From contig JAUVXV010000004.1 of NCBI GenBank assembly GCA_030603365.1, positions 1-64,000 on the forward strand: 64,000 nucleotides of DNA, in the 5' to 3' direction. This DNA is from Candidatus Heimdallarchaeota archaeon. GTDB lineage: Archaea; Asgardarchaeota; Heimdallarchaeia; Heimdallarchaeales; Heimdallarchaeaceae. Position numbers and translations under genes: made by a program. Positions 49,284 through 59,187 of the stretch are shown here, one piece after another. The stretch's first letter is position 1. Every line of letters begins with the position of its first letter. The notes under the pieces were generated by a model. The model was not told where the DNA came from, did no database searches, and saw only the letters and a list, made by a program, of their open reading frames with translations.

Positions 49284-49991
49284 TTACTCTTCATCTTCGG
49301 TGGATGAAAACCTATCAACAATATATTGTCCAAGAATATCAAAAGCTGTGTCTATATTTGATCCTGTTTTAGCGGAAGTTTCCAAAAAGAAATTTTCTAT
49401 TGAAAGTTCCTTTGTTTTTTTGTTAAGTTCTTTTACAAATTCTTCTGCTTCTTCTCTAGTTACCTCTTGTTCATCTACAAGATCCATTTTATTAGCTAAG
49501 ATAATCACAGGAACAACCCCTCTTCCACTGAATTGGTACAATTCTTCAATCCAGTTACTCAAATTGAGAAATGTTTCTCTACGAGTAATGTCAAAAACTG
49601 CTAAGGAACCAAAACATCCCTTGAAAAATCTTGGTCGGACATTTTTAAACATTGGTTGTCCTGCTAAATCCCATATTTGATATTTGATTTGGAAGTCACC
49701 AACGTCCTTAGTGATGGCAGCAAAATCAGCACCTAAAGTAGTCAAATGTTCTTTTTCAAAACCCTTTCCCAAATATCTCTGCCTGATAGAGGTTTTCCCA
49801 ACAGCAGCATCTCCACAAAGAACTAGTTTTATCATATAAGCATTGGTAGCTCGCCTCTTAGATCCCTCTTCAGCAACTATTGTTTTTACAGACTTAGTTT
49901 CTTTGTGCTTGTTTATGTTCTCTTTGAACATAATAGGACCTTTACCAGATTCTTTATCAGATTTATCTGAAGCTTGCTTCTTCTTAGCCAT
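49284..49991 (-). CDS. Rab-like small GTPase with basic N-terminal extension
   Basis: GDAAVGKT, TLGADF, WDLAGQ, NKMD, ETSAK. Confidence 0.92.
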   Translation of the reverse strand: MAKKKQASDKSDKESGKGPIMFKENINKHKETKSVKTIVAEEGSKRRATNAYMIKLVLCGDAAVGKTSIRQRYLGKGFEKEHLTTLGADFAAITKDVGDFQIKYQIWDLAGQPMFKNVRPRFFKGCFGSLAVFDITRRETFLNLSNWIEELYQFSGRGVVPVIILANKMDLVDEQEVTREEAEEFVKELNKKTKELSIENFFLETSAKTGSNIDTAFDILGQYIVDRFSSTEDEE

Positions 49992-50050
49992 GCTATCTGA
50001 TAAGTAGTAAAATTGAATATATAAAAATATGTGGTATGGCTATAAGGGTT

Positions 50051-50797
50051 TCATTCATTTCTAGACGTATGCTGGTGGATTATTTTGTAGTTTTTAGCCA
50101 GTTTTCCAAGTTTTTCAGCCTCAGGAATGGACAGATGAAAGGGAGTTTTCTTTTCTTTATACGTTCCTTCAATTAGTGCATAATCCACATCTGTGATATG
50201 TTTTTTGAGATCTTCAAAATACCCAGTATCTCCAGTGTAAAGAATTCGTTCACCTTTTTTTTCAATTATATAACCTACTGAAGGAATGTTAGGGAGTTTC
50301 TTACCTCCAACAATTGAACCACGATGTTGAACCGGGAATGCTGAAATAGTTATATTTTTGATATGTATTTTTTCAATAATTTCATTCAATTTAATTTCAT
50401 AAGGTATAGAATTTGAGTAACTTTCCTGAAAAGTTCTTACAATGCCCTCTATCTCTATTACTTTTGGTGGATAGATTAGCAATAGTTTCTTGTTTCGGTT
50501 TATCATTCTTAAGAAACCTAGAAATGAAAATAGCCCTCCAATATGATCAAAATGACCATGTGTGCATAATATGGCGTGAATATTCTCATAGTATTTCTCG
50601 GGAAGAGAGACAAGATCACGGAGAATTCCGTCTCCTATATCGATAAGAAAACATAATTCTTCTTCAATATCATAAACAAGAATTTGTGTAGCTATACCTG
50701 CTTTTGAATAAAGTACTTTCACGTAAAGATAATCACCTTTCCAATCCCAAAGATCCTTCTGTAGAGAATTCATGATTGAACTAATAAGTAAAAACAA
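50051..50797 (-). CDS. MBL-fold metallohydrolase (RNase Z-like)
   Basis: THGHFDHIGG, YTGDT, HLS. Confidence 0.85.
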   Translation of the reverse strand: MFLLISSIMNSLQKDLWDWKGDYLYVKVLYSKAGIATQILVYDIEEELCFLIDIGDGILRDLVSLPEKYYENIHAILCTHGHFDHIGGLFSFLGFLRMINRNKKLLLIYPPKVIEIEGIVRTFQESYSNSIPYEIKLNEIIEKIHIKNITISAFPVQHRGSIVGGKKLPNIPSVGYIIEKKGERILYTGDTGYFEDLKKHITDVDYALIEGTYKEKKTPFHLSIPEAEKLGKLAKNYKIIHQHTSRNE

Positions 50798-50856
50798 ATA
50801 TCTCTTTCGATACCTCTGCCGATATACTTTTACTTCGAAGTGTTATAACCTAACTA

Positions 50857-51876
50857 ATGACCATTGCACGTGAGGTTTTCGCTAAATTTTTGCAAAGACT
50901 TTCAACGAGATGGGAAATGAAAAACAAGTTTCACCTTGCTGCAAAAGTGGGATATTATAGTTATTCTGTTGGTGGTGGGGACAAAGAGGAACTACTGAAA
51001 CTTGCTGCTCTAGAAATGAAAGTAGAACAATACAATTCAGCAATTCAATATCTAGAGAAATACCTTGAGGAAAATGTAGATTCAGTAAAAGCTCTGCTTC
51101 TCCTTGGAATAGCATATAGACAAAGTGGTGATTATGAAGGAGCAATTAAAACTCATTTGAAATGCTTGAAAAAAGGAGAAGAAAATGTGAATATTCTGTA
51201 TACTCTAGGCTTAGATTATGAAAAAGCAAAGAAAATTAGAACGGCTAAACGATACTATTCAAAAGCCGTTGAAACAGAGAAAGCTTCTTCAAAAGCATAT
51301 TTTCGATTAGCACATCTCTATATGCAAGAAAAGAAGTATGAATTAGCAGTAAACCTATATCTAGATGGTCTTTCTCTTAGAGATGGTTCAGCAAAAGATT
51401 GGATTAATCTTTCACTTTGTTACTTGATGACTTCAAATCTGAAAGCTGCAGAAAAAGTCCTTTTGGAAGCTTTAGAGATCTTTCCTCAGTTTTCAGAAGT
51501 TCTATTTGCCTTGGGAACCTGCTACATAAGAAAACGTGATTACAAGAAAAATGCAATGATAATAACCAAATTGAATGAAAGGGGAAAAATCAGTTTATCT
51601 CTATCATTACAAATAAAGGAAGCATTTGATAGAAAAAACTATGAGCAATTAGGAAAGTTACTTGAAGAATTTACTAAGAAAGAAAGAACTGCAGAATACT
51701 GGTATATGCAGTCTATAGTATGTGCAAATACAGAGAATGATAAGAAAGCAATAACTTCTCTAAGAAAAGCAATTTCTACTAATCCTGAATTGAGAAAAGA
51801 AGCAATAAAGGATGACAATTTTGCAATAATAAGAGAACTAGCAGAGTTCAAGCATATTGTTTATCCAAGGAAATAA
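50857..51876 (+). CDS. Tetratricopeptide repeat protein
   Basis: Repeated LG.AY...GDYE.A TPR units. Confidence 0.88.
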   Translation: MTIAREVFAKFLQRLSTRWEMKNKFHLAAKVGYYSYSVGGGDKEELLKLAALEMKVEQYNSAIQYLEKYLEENVDSVKALLLLGIAYRQSGDYEGAIKTHLKCLKKGEENVNILYTLGLDYEKAKKIRTAKRYYSKAVETEKASSKAYFRLAHLYMQEKKYELAVNLYLDGLSLRDGSAKDWINLSLCYLMTSNLKAAEKVLLEALEIFPQFSEVLFALGTCYIRKRDYKKNAMIITKLNERGKISLSLSLQIKEAFDRKNYEQLGKLLEEFTKKERTAEYWYMQSIVCANTENDKKAITSLRKAISTNPELRKEAIKDDNFAIIRELAEFKHIVYPRK

Positions 51877-51887
51877 AAGAGAGGATT

Positions 51888-52367
51888 TCAAGCATCCTCA
51901 AACCATTGAACAGCTATTACCATATCTGCATATAAGGACTTTTTAGATTCCATTTTATGATAGTTAAAGCTTACAGGGAAACATTGGAAACAATTCCATC
52001 TTCTAATCTCATTGTTACCAATCATCATTACAATAGCTATGGATTTTCTATGATAATCGCCGCTATCCTGTCTGGATATCTCAAACCAATTGTAAATTGA
52101 TGGTTCTTCTGTAATGAGGATATTGTGGATTGTTATATTGTTATATGTAAAACGACCAGGTCTTTTATGGGTTAGAGGATTATCTCCATCAGTGTATTCA
52201 ATAACCTGTGTTTCAATCCCTAAACCAGAAATTGAATCAAAAACTATAGGTTCTTCACCTTCAATCTCAAGCCTGTAGGATGCAAAATTATCATTTAAAA
52301 TATTAGTTCTGAATTTCGTTTTATCTGGTACTTTGTCTGGCATTCTTTCTGGTATTCTTTCTGACAT
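51888..52367 (-). CDS. T4 gp19-like contractile tail tube protein (orphan)
   Basis: FDSISGLGIETQVIEYTDG..HKRPGRFTYNNIT..YNWF..RRWNCFQCFPV match the gp19/Afp1-5 pattern. Confidence 0.8.
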   Translation of the reverse strand: MSERIPERMPDKVPDKTKFRTNILNDNFASYRLEIEGEEPIVFDSISGLGIETQVIEYTDGDNPLTHKRPGRFTYNNITIHNILITEEPSIYNWFEISRQDSGDYHRKSIAIVMMIGNNEIRRWNCFQCFPVSFNYHKMESKKSLYADMVIAVQWFEDA

Positions 52368-52476
52368 TATTTAACCTCTTTTTTGTTTTAGAAGAGATTC
52401 TATAGACTTGAATTAATAAATCTTACACTAGTCTAAATCAAGAAAACAATTCAAAGCTCCAGAAATCTTAAATAAT

Positions 52477-52923
52477 TTGTTGAGAAAGAAAACAGTGATG
52501 TCAGAAATTGATCGCGACTCAATTATAGAAGCAGTAAAAAAAACAGTCAATAAAATCTTTGAATCATTAGAAAAACTTGATTCAGAAGTTGTTCTAGCAA
52601 ATTATCATAATCATGCAGACTTCAGATTTGTTGGACTAATTTTTGGACAAACTCTCAACCTAAACTACGATGAATTTACAATGGCTATGAAAGGAGCATA
52701 TGAGACGATGAAAGAGCAAAAAATGATCAGAGAAACAGAATATTTTAATGTTCTTTCAGAAACAAAGGTTTTGTACAACACAACAGGAACAGGATGTCAA
52801 ATACCAAAAGAAGGGGAAAGAAACGATTTTGCAGTAGTAGTGACACAAATACTTTCGTTAATAGACGGGGAATGGAAAGTAATACACGAAACAGAAGCAG
52901 CAATTCCAAAAACAGCAGAATAA
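52477..52923 (+). CDS. NTF2/SnoaL-like protein
   Basis: C-terminal TQILSLIDGEWKVIHE. Confidence 0.75.
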   Translation: MLRKKTVMSEIDRDSIIEAVKKTVNKIFESLEKLDSEVVLANYHNHADFRFVGLIFGQTLNLNYDEFTMAMKGAYETMKEQKMIRETEYFNVLSETKVLYNTTGTGCQIPKEGERNDFAVVVTQILSLIDGEWKVIHETEAAIPKTAE

Positions 52924-52954
52924 TGAGAAAAAAAAGCTCAAGATAAGAAAATTC

Positions 52955-54658
52955 TTAGCTTAGCGGATTAGTGCTCAATGGGTAAAGATCTATACTTCCT
53001 GCTGAACCATCTAAAGCATATGTTCCTGTTATCCAATCATCCCAGAAATTCCCCATCAAAGTTACAGCATTAAACCACTCATTTGGACCACTATCGTCAT
53101 AAGCTTGGGTGTTCCCTAAGTTATTTGATAAGAAAGCATTGAAAGAGATTGTATTATTTAGTGAAAAATTTAGAATTTTAATTGCATAATCTGTATTGTT
53201 ATAGAACAGATTATACTGTATAGTGTTGTTAAGCGTTAGTTTATGTCCTACTGCTAATGGAGCAAAAAGGTACATTCCGTTGAAATTTTGTTCAAAAGTA
53301 TTATTTGTAATCAAATTAAAGTAACTTCCTAGCATGAATATCCCCCAATAGTTCCCAAAGAAGAAGTTTTCATTTACATTAAAGTATCTGCAATGGTCCA
53401 TGTCCAAACCTTCTTCAGTACTATTAGCAATTAGGTTGTTCGTTATATTTCCATAAGCATTTACTGAACATCTGATTCCTGTTTCAGTGTTGAATATCTT
53501 GTTATATTCTATTGAAAAATTGGAGTTTGTCATAACTTCTATACCCATTCTACTATTGAAAATGTGATTACTTTTGACATTAGAACCAAATGTATCTAAA
53601 AGATAGATTCCTATGTTTCCAGAAGAAAGAATACTGGTTTCAATGGTACAATTATCTGATTTATGTAAAACAACTCCATTGTAAATGGAATTTGCAGTAT
53701 TGTTGAAAATATGTATGCTAACAGATTCATAAATCCCGATACTTTGAATGCTGTTTTCCAATATATTATCAAAGACTGAACAGAAGAATGACATTTCAAG
53801 AAAAATACTTTGATCACTATCTTTAACCAAATTGGAGTTTACAGAACAATTTATTGATCCATGAAGAGATATACTGCTTCCTGCATAACTACTAAGTACA
53901 TTATTTGTGATGTTGCAATGACTAGAATCAATTAATCTTACTTTAGTTAAAGGACCCATGTTGTTAGATACTGTTGTGAAATTTAATCTTTCCAAAGTCA
54001 GGCCAATGTTAGTAAAAGAGTTATTTATTATACTTATTTTGGTTGAATCCAATACCTTGAAACCTTTATGAAAAATGCTCTCAAAGGTGTTATCAGATAT
54101 CAAGGTATTTCTTGAGTCAATTATTTCAAGTAATGATCCTTCATTGTCACTTTTTGATAATGTATTATTGATTATTGAATTCCTCTCACATTTCTCCAAA
54201 GCAATTGAGTTAGTGTTTAACTCAAAAGTATTGTTCAATATTAGATTGTTATTGGAATTAACTAAATTCAAACCAATACTGCAATTTACTATCTGATTGT
54301 TGAGAACAGAAGCTGTTCCTTCTTCAATATTCTCAATATATAATCCGTAACTATTTGTCTTTAGACCTTGAATCAAACAGTTCTCTATCTTGAAGAATTT
54401 AGATGTTCCAAGAATGTATATAGCATAGTTCTCTGCCGTAGTAATATTATAGTTTGTAATTAAATATGGACTTGATTGAGTGCCCTCTCCAGGAAAACCA
54501 TAAGCTTCGAAGTCCTCATCTTCCCAAATGATGATTGGATCATGTTCAACTAGTCTTTCTGGTTCGATTACAAAGAGGGGAATTGTAACTGCTACGATAA
54601 GGATTGCTACGAACACTGCACCTACTGAACCTATTAGATATTTATTCTTGAGAATCAT
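52955..54658 (-). CDS. Membrane-anchored parallel beta-helix (NosD/CASH) protein
   Basis: N-terminal TM, GFPGEGTQSSPYLI, many I.NN repeats, GNFWDDW..DLYPL end. Confidence 0.88.
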   Translation of the reverse strand: MILKNKYLIGSVGAVFVAILIVAVTIPLFVIEPERLVEHDPIIIWEDEDFEAYGFPGEGTQSSPYLITNYNITTAENYAIYILGTSKFFKIENCLIQGLKTNSYGLYIENIEEGTASVLNNQIVNCSIGLNLVNSNNNLILNNTFELNTNSIALEKCERNSIINNTLSKSDNEGSLLEIIDSRNTLISDNTFESIFHKGFKVLDSTKISIINNSFTNIGLTLERLNFTTVSNNMGPLTKVRLIDSSHCNITNNVLSSYAGSSISLHGSINCSVNSNLVKDSDQSIFLEMSFFCSVFDNILENSIQSIGIYESVSIHIFNNTANSIYNGVVLHKSDNCTIETSILSSGNIGIYLLDTFGSNVKSNHIFNSRMGIEVMTNSNFSIEYNKIFNTETGIRCSVNAYGNITNNLIANSTEEGLDMDHCRYFNVNENFFFGNYWGIFMLGSYFNLITNNTFEQNFNGMYLFAPLAVGHKLTLNNTIQYNLFYNNTDYAIKILNFSLNNTISFNAFLSNNLGNTQAYDDSGPNEWFNAVTLMGNFWDDWITGTYALDGSAGSIDLYPLSTNPLS

Positions 54659-54744
54659 TTTTCGTCACCTAAATAATGTCCTCCCATTTAATAAGAAATT
54701 AGGTGGGCAATAAGAGGGAGAGTTGTAGGAGGTTATATAGAACT

Positions 54745-55773
54745 TCATGCAATCACCATCTCTCCTGCTTTTGTTATGTGAATAATAATATTTCTTCCCC
54801 ACTTTTCTCGTTTTACTAAGCCTTTCTCTTCTAATGCAAGAAGATTTCTTGATGTTTTGGATCTTGAAAAACTAGTAATGATAATCAATTCTCTTTGTTT
54901 GATTTTTCCATCGTTATCTTGAACAAGCTTGAGAAGGGTTTTTTGTGCATCATTCAAGAGAGAACCACTGATTGTTTGAAAAGTTGATTTAGCTCTTTTT
55001 CTCACAAGCCATAATGTAAAACCAGCACCAGCCATTAAACCAAGAATTGGTCCAACAATAACTGCCCATATTGGAAATTTTCTCTCTAGAGGTATATCAA
55101 AACGTACGAAATAGAGTGGATTGGAGGATGGAGAAACATCTTCCTCAACCCAAGTATAGATTATTCTATGACCAACTGTATCTTGAGAGTAACTAGCGGG
55201 GTAAATCTCAGTTACTGAACTTTGATCATGTAAAAAACTGTCCTTGGGAAGTTTGATGGATAATTGATGATAAAGAGTAGGAAAATTGATAGTTGAATAA
55301 AACTCAAAGTAATAGTAATTGAGTGTTTCCTCAAGAAACAATGAATCAAGAAGAGAGTAGGAAATGTAGATAATTTCAGTTTTATTAATAGCTAATTCAG
55401 GACGTAGAATAACAGAGAGGAGAAAAGAAGAATCAACCTCTAGAACAGTGTTGAAATCAAGAGAACCATCACCATCTTCTATAGTGATATTTGTATAAGA
55501 ATGGTTGAGCCAAAATTCGAAGGAAGAAATAGATGTATTCAAACTATTTTCAAGATTGAGGATTTCTAAAACATTAACAGAATCATCATTACGTATGTCT
55601 ATATTGGTTATATGGGAAACAACAAAAAGAGTTTCGTCTTCAAAGAGAAGTAAATCTTGATGATTAAGATTCAATGAGCTAATAGCAGAAGAATTGGAAA
55701 GCAGAAACATTAGAAAGAAGAAAAGAAATGCAATTTTATTCCGTCTAATAGTTTGTAAGAACACAATCTCCAC
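54745..55773 (-). CDS. Membrane-anchored wHTH protein (extracellular domain, TM, cytoplasmic HTH)
   Basis: Signal peptide, TM WAVIVGPILG.., GKIKQREL..FSRSKTSRNLLALEEKGLV..GR. Confidence 0.82.
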   Translation of the reverse strand: MEIVFLQTIRRNKIAFLFFFLMFLLSNSSAISSLNLNHQDLLLFEDETLFVVSHITNIDIRNDDSVNVLEILNLENSLNTSISSFEFWLNHSYTNITIEDGDGSLDFNTVLEVDSSFLLSVILRPELAINKTEIIYISYSLLDSLFLEETLNYYYFEFYSTINFPTLYHQLSIKLPKDSFLHDQSSVTEIYPASYSQDTVGHRIIYTWVEEDVSPSSNPLYFVRFDIPLERKFPIWAVIVGPILGLMAGAGFTLWLVRKRAKSTFQTISGSLLNDAQKTLLKLVQDNDGKIKQRELIIITSFSRSKTSRNLLALEEKGLVKREKWGRNIIIHITKAGEMVIA

Positions 55774-55921
55774 TTTCCAAACAATAAGATTTTTAGTGAA
55801 TATAATCAGTGACTAATAAGGTCCAAAGGTATATTAAGAGTCGTGTGGGAGAATTTAAAACAATCATGGAAAGAAGTCTAACAAAGATGTTGGAAATTTG
55901 AAAGTGAAAATAGTTTAGTAC

Positions 55922-55950
55922 TCAAGATAAAAAAATTGACTTCTAAAGGA
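55922..55950 (+). repeat. Direct repeat copy 1, TCAAGATAAAAAAATTGACTTCTAAAGGA
   Basis: Near-identical to 56726-56755; partial copy at 52938-52953. Confidence 0.8.
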
Positions 55951-56010
55951 CTTTTCTTCTGTTTTCTTAATTAGAAAACAATTATATGTGTTTATTACAT
56001 AGTATATTAG

Positions 56011-56673
56011 ATGAGAAGACTATTCAGACGTATTCTTTCTCTTTGTCTTACTTTCTTAATTATTCTTAGTCTTTTTATCCCACTACTCCAAGCATCTTAT
56101 TCTGGGTATACAATTTACACCAGAATAACCAATATAGACTTTCCTCCACACAAATCACCTATGACATTTTTCCCAAACCACACTCTGTTTGAGTTTGATT
56201 ATTCTCTGGAGCTTATTAATCCATCGGGGATAGAACTCGTTATCAGAACACCTTCAACATGTTTAATCTTTAATTCGGGGAACATAACTTTCGAAGATGA
56301 TCAACATGAAGGTTATATCTCAAGTGGAAATATTTACTGTGGGCAAATGTTTACAAACCATGAAATTCCGCCGGGAATCACTGACGTATCATTCAGTTTC
56401 TATATTTCTATTAATGGCACACTTGAAAGCCTTCCTTACGGGAACTACACAATAAGTATCGCAATCCCAGATTATTTGGAAGCGCATGACTATGTACATT
56501 ATCCCTCTACTATTTATTACTCAAATTCAAATCTGGAGATACTTCACACAGGTGAGAACGTAACTTTCACTTTTCCTTCAGTTCCCTCTTTTCAGAGTAT
56601 TTCCTCCTATTTCTTGTTAACTTTCATGGTAGGGTTTACTATTGTGATTTTCATAAGAAGAAAGTATTATTAG
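56011..56673 (+). CDS. Secreted, C-terminally anchored hypothetical protein
   Basis: Signal peptide; C-terminal PSF, TM, RRK tail. Confidence 0.75.
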   Translation: MRRLFRRILSLCLTFLIILSLFIPLLQASYSGYTIYTRITNIDFPPHKSPMTFFPNHTLFEFDYSLELINPSGIELVIRTPSTCLIFNSGNITFEDDQHEGYISSGNIYCGQMFTNHEIPPGITDVSFSFYISINGTLESLPYGNYTISIAIPDYLEAHDYVHYPSTIYYSNSNLEILHTGENVTFTFPSVPSFQSISSYFLLTFMVGFTIVIFIRRKYY

Positions 56674-56725
56674 TAGTATAATAGGGAGCAAAATCTGGTT
56701 AAAACAAATTCATGTGAAAAAACAG

Positions 56726-56755
56726 TCAAGATAAGAAAAATTGACTTCTAAAGGA
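56726..56755 (+). repeat. Direct repeat copy 2, TCAAGATAAGAAAAATTGACTTCTAAAGGA
   Basis: See 55922-55950; with the preceding G (56725) forms the dyad GTCAA-N11-TTGAC. Confidence 0.8.
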
Positions 56756-56803
56756 TAGAAAAGTTTTTTATTAAAAGAAAGGGAGAAAAGACAAGAAAAC
56801 TAT

Positions 56804-56877
56804 GCGGAGTTAGCAAAGCGGCTATGCGGAAGTCTGCAAAACTTTTGACAGGAGTTCGAATCTCCTACTCCGCTCCA
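56804..56877 (+). tRNA. tRNA-Cys(GCA), U73, encoded CCA
   Basis: GCGGAGT/ACTCCGC acceptor, GAAGT-CTGCAAA-ACTTT arm, GTTCGAATC. Confidence 0.95.
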
Positions 56878-57089
56878 AGCGTCACTTCTTTTACATTTTA
56901 AGCATTCTAGGTAATAAGCAAAGCGGCTATGCATCGCATGTTATGAAGCTTTCTAAGTTTCTTTTGAAGACTTAGTGCTGCTTGATGGGAACTTCCCATA
57001 CTCCTCACATGCGGAGAGGAGTTGATTGTAATTTCTTTATTCTTTCTTGTTGGGTTTAAATATAGCACTTTAGATAAACCAATGATACT

Positions 57090-57269
57090 ATGAAGGCACT
57101 TAGATTGATTAAGAGTTTCAACCTAAAGAAGAAACGCGGAAGCCCCATACTTGAGGAGATTCTTCTTATTGGCATTGCAATCTTAATCTTCGCAATCATT
57201 TTTGGTGTAATATTTAGTTTAATTGATTGGTCTTTAGTTTCTTTAGACAACCTGTTTGGTAGAAACTGA
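57090..57269 (+). CDS. Flp-like small prepilin, 59 aa (absent from ORF track)
   Basis: MKALRLIKSFNLKKKRG|SPILEEILLIGIAILIFAIIFGVIFSLIDWSLVSLDNLFGRN. Confidence 0.75.
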   Translation: MKALRLIKSFNLKKKRGSPILEEILLIGIAILIFAIIFGVIFSLIDWSLVSLDNLFGRN

Positions 57270-57489
57270 ATAAAGGCAAAAATGGTTTCTTGGTAGTTTA
57301 TATAATCTAATACCATTTTAGTTATGGAGCTAGCACTAATTCTGAAAAGAACTTTGTATTCAACATGATTCTCGCTAGCTTCTCTAATTCTCTTTAGCTG
57401 TCCTCTTTTGAATTTCCATTCTCACCTAAATCATTTATGAATTCAAGTATGGAATTAACTGCTTCAGGAGATTCCAGATAGATACCATA

Positions 57490-57884
57490 TTCCTTGGAAC
57501 ATTCCTCTCAAAATTTGGTTCCTATGGAACAGGAGATGGGGAGTTTGATGGAACTCGAGGAATATTTACAATCATCGCATTCAGGTTTTCGATTCTAATC
57601 ATAATTTCATAACAAAATTTGGTTCCTCTGGTTCTGAAGAAGGATTATTCAATGTGCCATCGGGGATAGATATATTGTATGAGGGAAATTCATCTCTGAT
57701 TTACGTAAATGACCATTCTAACAATAGAATACAAGTTTTCAGATATGATGAAAAAATTGTAACTGTGATAAAAACCATTACAATAACAGAAGAAGCTGGC
57801 TCAACTCTTACCATTCTCTTAACTACGCTTGCTTCTGTAATGGTCTTCGTGTATTTGAAAAAGAGAAGTAAATCTAAAATATAA
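57490..57884 (+). pseudogene. NHL-repeat surface-protein remnant with C-terminal TM anchor
   Basis: FLSKFGSYGTGDGEFDGTRGI, frameshift near 57570, then NHRIQVFD..KFGSSGSEEGLFNVPSGI..NNRIQVF; no 5' end. Confidence 0.8.
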
Positions 57885-57900
57885 TGAACAAAGAGCCGCG

Positions 57901-57946
57901 GTCTGCAAAACTCTTGACCGGAGTTCAAATCTCCGACTCCGCTCCA
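57901..57946 (+). repeat. 3' half of tRNA-Cys (att-like copy 1)
   Basis: 42/46 identical to 56832-56877, spanning anticodon loop to CCA, with a compensatory T-stem change. Confidence 0.9.
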
Positions 57947-57972
57947 AACTCTATTTTAGTTTGTTTTCCACT

Positions 57973-59085
57973 TCATAAGACACTCTTCAACGCTTTAAGG
58001 AATCTTTCAACATTCTCTGGTTGTGCAGTATGTCCCATTAACCCAATTCTCCATATCTTCCCTGCTAGTGGTCCTAACCCCCCACCAATTTCGATTTTAT
58101 GTTCAAACCTCAGTTTCCTTCTAACTTCTGCTTCGTCAATACCTTCAGGAATGGATACTGCATTAAGCATTGGAAGACGATACTTACCTTCAACATACAT
58201 TTTCAAGCCTAATTCTTCCAGCCCTACTTTCAATTTATTGTGACATTCTGCATGCCGTTGAAATACTTTTTCCGCTCCTTCTTCAAAAAAGAGCAAGAGT
58301 GCTTGATATAATGCGTACAGCATATTTATGGGTGCTGTATGATGATATACTCGTTTGTGATCCTTTTGCCAATATTCTCCAACCAAACTCATGTCCAAAT
58401 ACCAGTTTGGAACTCGGGTCTTCCTATTTTTAATCTTTGACAAAGCCTTTTCCGAAAAACTAACTGGAGCCAAACCGGGGGGTACCGATAAACACTTTTG
58501 AGATCCGCTGTATAAGGCATCAATCCCCCAATCGTCAACTTTCACCTCAATTCCCCCGAGACTTGTAACAGCATCCACCAAGAATAAACTCTCTGTGTCT
58601 TGAATTATGTGTGATATCTCCTCGACTGGGTTTTTTACTCCAGTTGAGGTTTCTGCATGGACCATTGCAATGAGATTATAGGAATTACCCGCCAGTTTTT
58701 CCTTTACTTGTTTAGGGTCAATGGGTGTACCCCATTCAAATTCCATGACATCTACATCTGCACCTAAACGTGTAGCTACTTCGCGCATTCGTTTTCCAAA
58801 AACTCCATTTATTAATATTAAGACTTGATCTTCTGGCTCAATCAAATTAACAAAACAAGTTTCCATCCCCGCAGATCCCGTTCCCGATACTGGAATTGTC
58901 AATCTATTGTCAGTATTCAATAATTCCTGTAGTAATACCTGAATCTGATCCATTATTTTAATGAAATGGGAATCTAGGTGTCCCAAAGTGAAACGATTGA
59001 GGGCTTTATATACGTCGGGATGGACACAAGAGGGTCCTGGTCCCATTAGCAAGATTTCATCAATATCATCTAACAAATTTGTCAT
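57973..59085 (-). CDS. Alanine-glyoxylate/serine-pyruvate aminotransferase (class V)
   Basis: LLMGPGPS, HAETSTG, DAVTSLGG, SGSQKCL, YHHTAP. Confidence 0.93.
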   Translation of the reverse strand: MTNLLDDIDEILLMGPGPSCVHPDVYKALNRFTLGHLDSHFIKIMDQIQVLLQELLNTDNRLTIPVSGTGSAGMETCFVNLIEPEDQVLILINGVFGKRMREVATRLGADVDVMEFEWGTPIDPKQVKEKLAGNSYNLIAMVHAETSTGVKNPVEEISHIIQDTESLFLVDAVTSLGGIEVKVDDWGIDALYSGSQKCLSVPPGLAPVSFSEKALSKIKNRKTRVPNWYLDMSLVGEYWQKDHKRVYHHTAPINMLYALYQALLLFFEEGAEKVFQRHAECHNKLKVGLEELGLKMYVEGKYRLPMLNAVSIPEGIDEAEVRRKLRFEHKIEIGGGLGPLAGKIWRIGLMGHTAQPENVERFLKALKSVL

Positions 59086-59187
59086 GGTTTTTCACGCTAA
59101 GGAATTTTAATATCTTATCTGATAATAAATTGAAACCATTAAAAAACTATATGTGAATCTATTCGTGTAATTGACTTATATTGTCCT

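Noticed and set aside
57056-57316. 86-aa minus-strand ORF
   Set aside because: Antisense to the better-supported prepilin ORF.
56917-57946. Functional trans-spliced split tRNA-Cys
   Set aside because: The 5' fragment lacks the acceptor strand, no complementary leaders or BHB were seen, and an intact gene is adjacent.
57884-58243. 119-aa plus-strand ORF
   Set aside because: Runs through the tRNA fragment and antisense to the aminotransferase; no integrase-fragment motifs.
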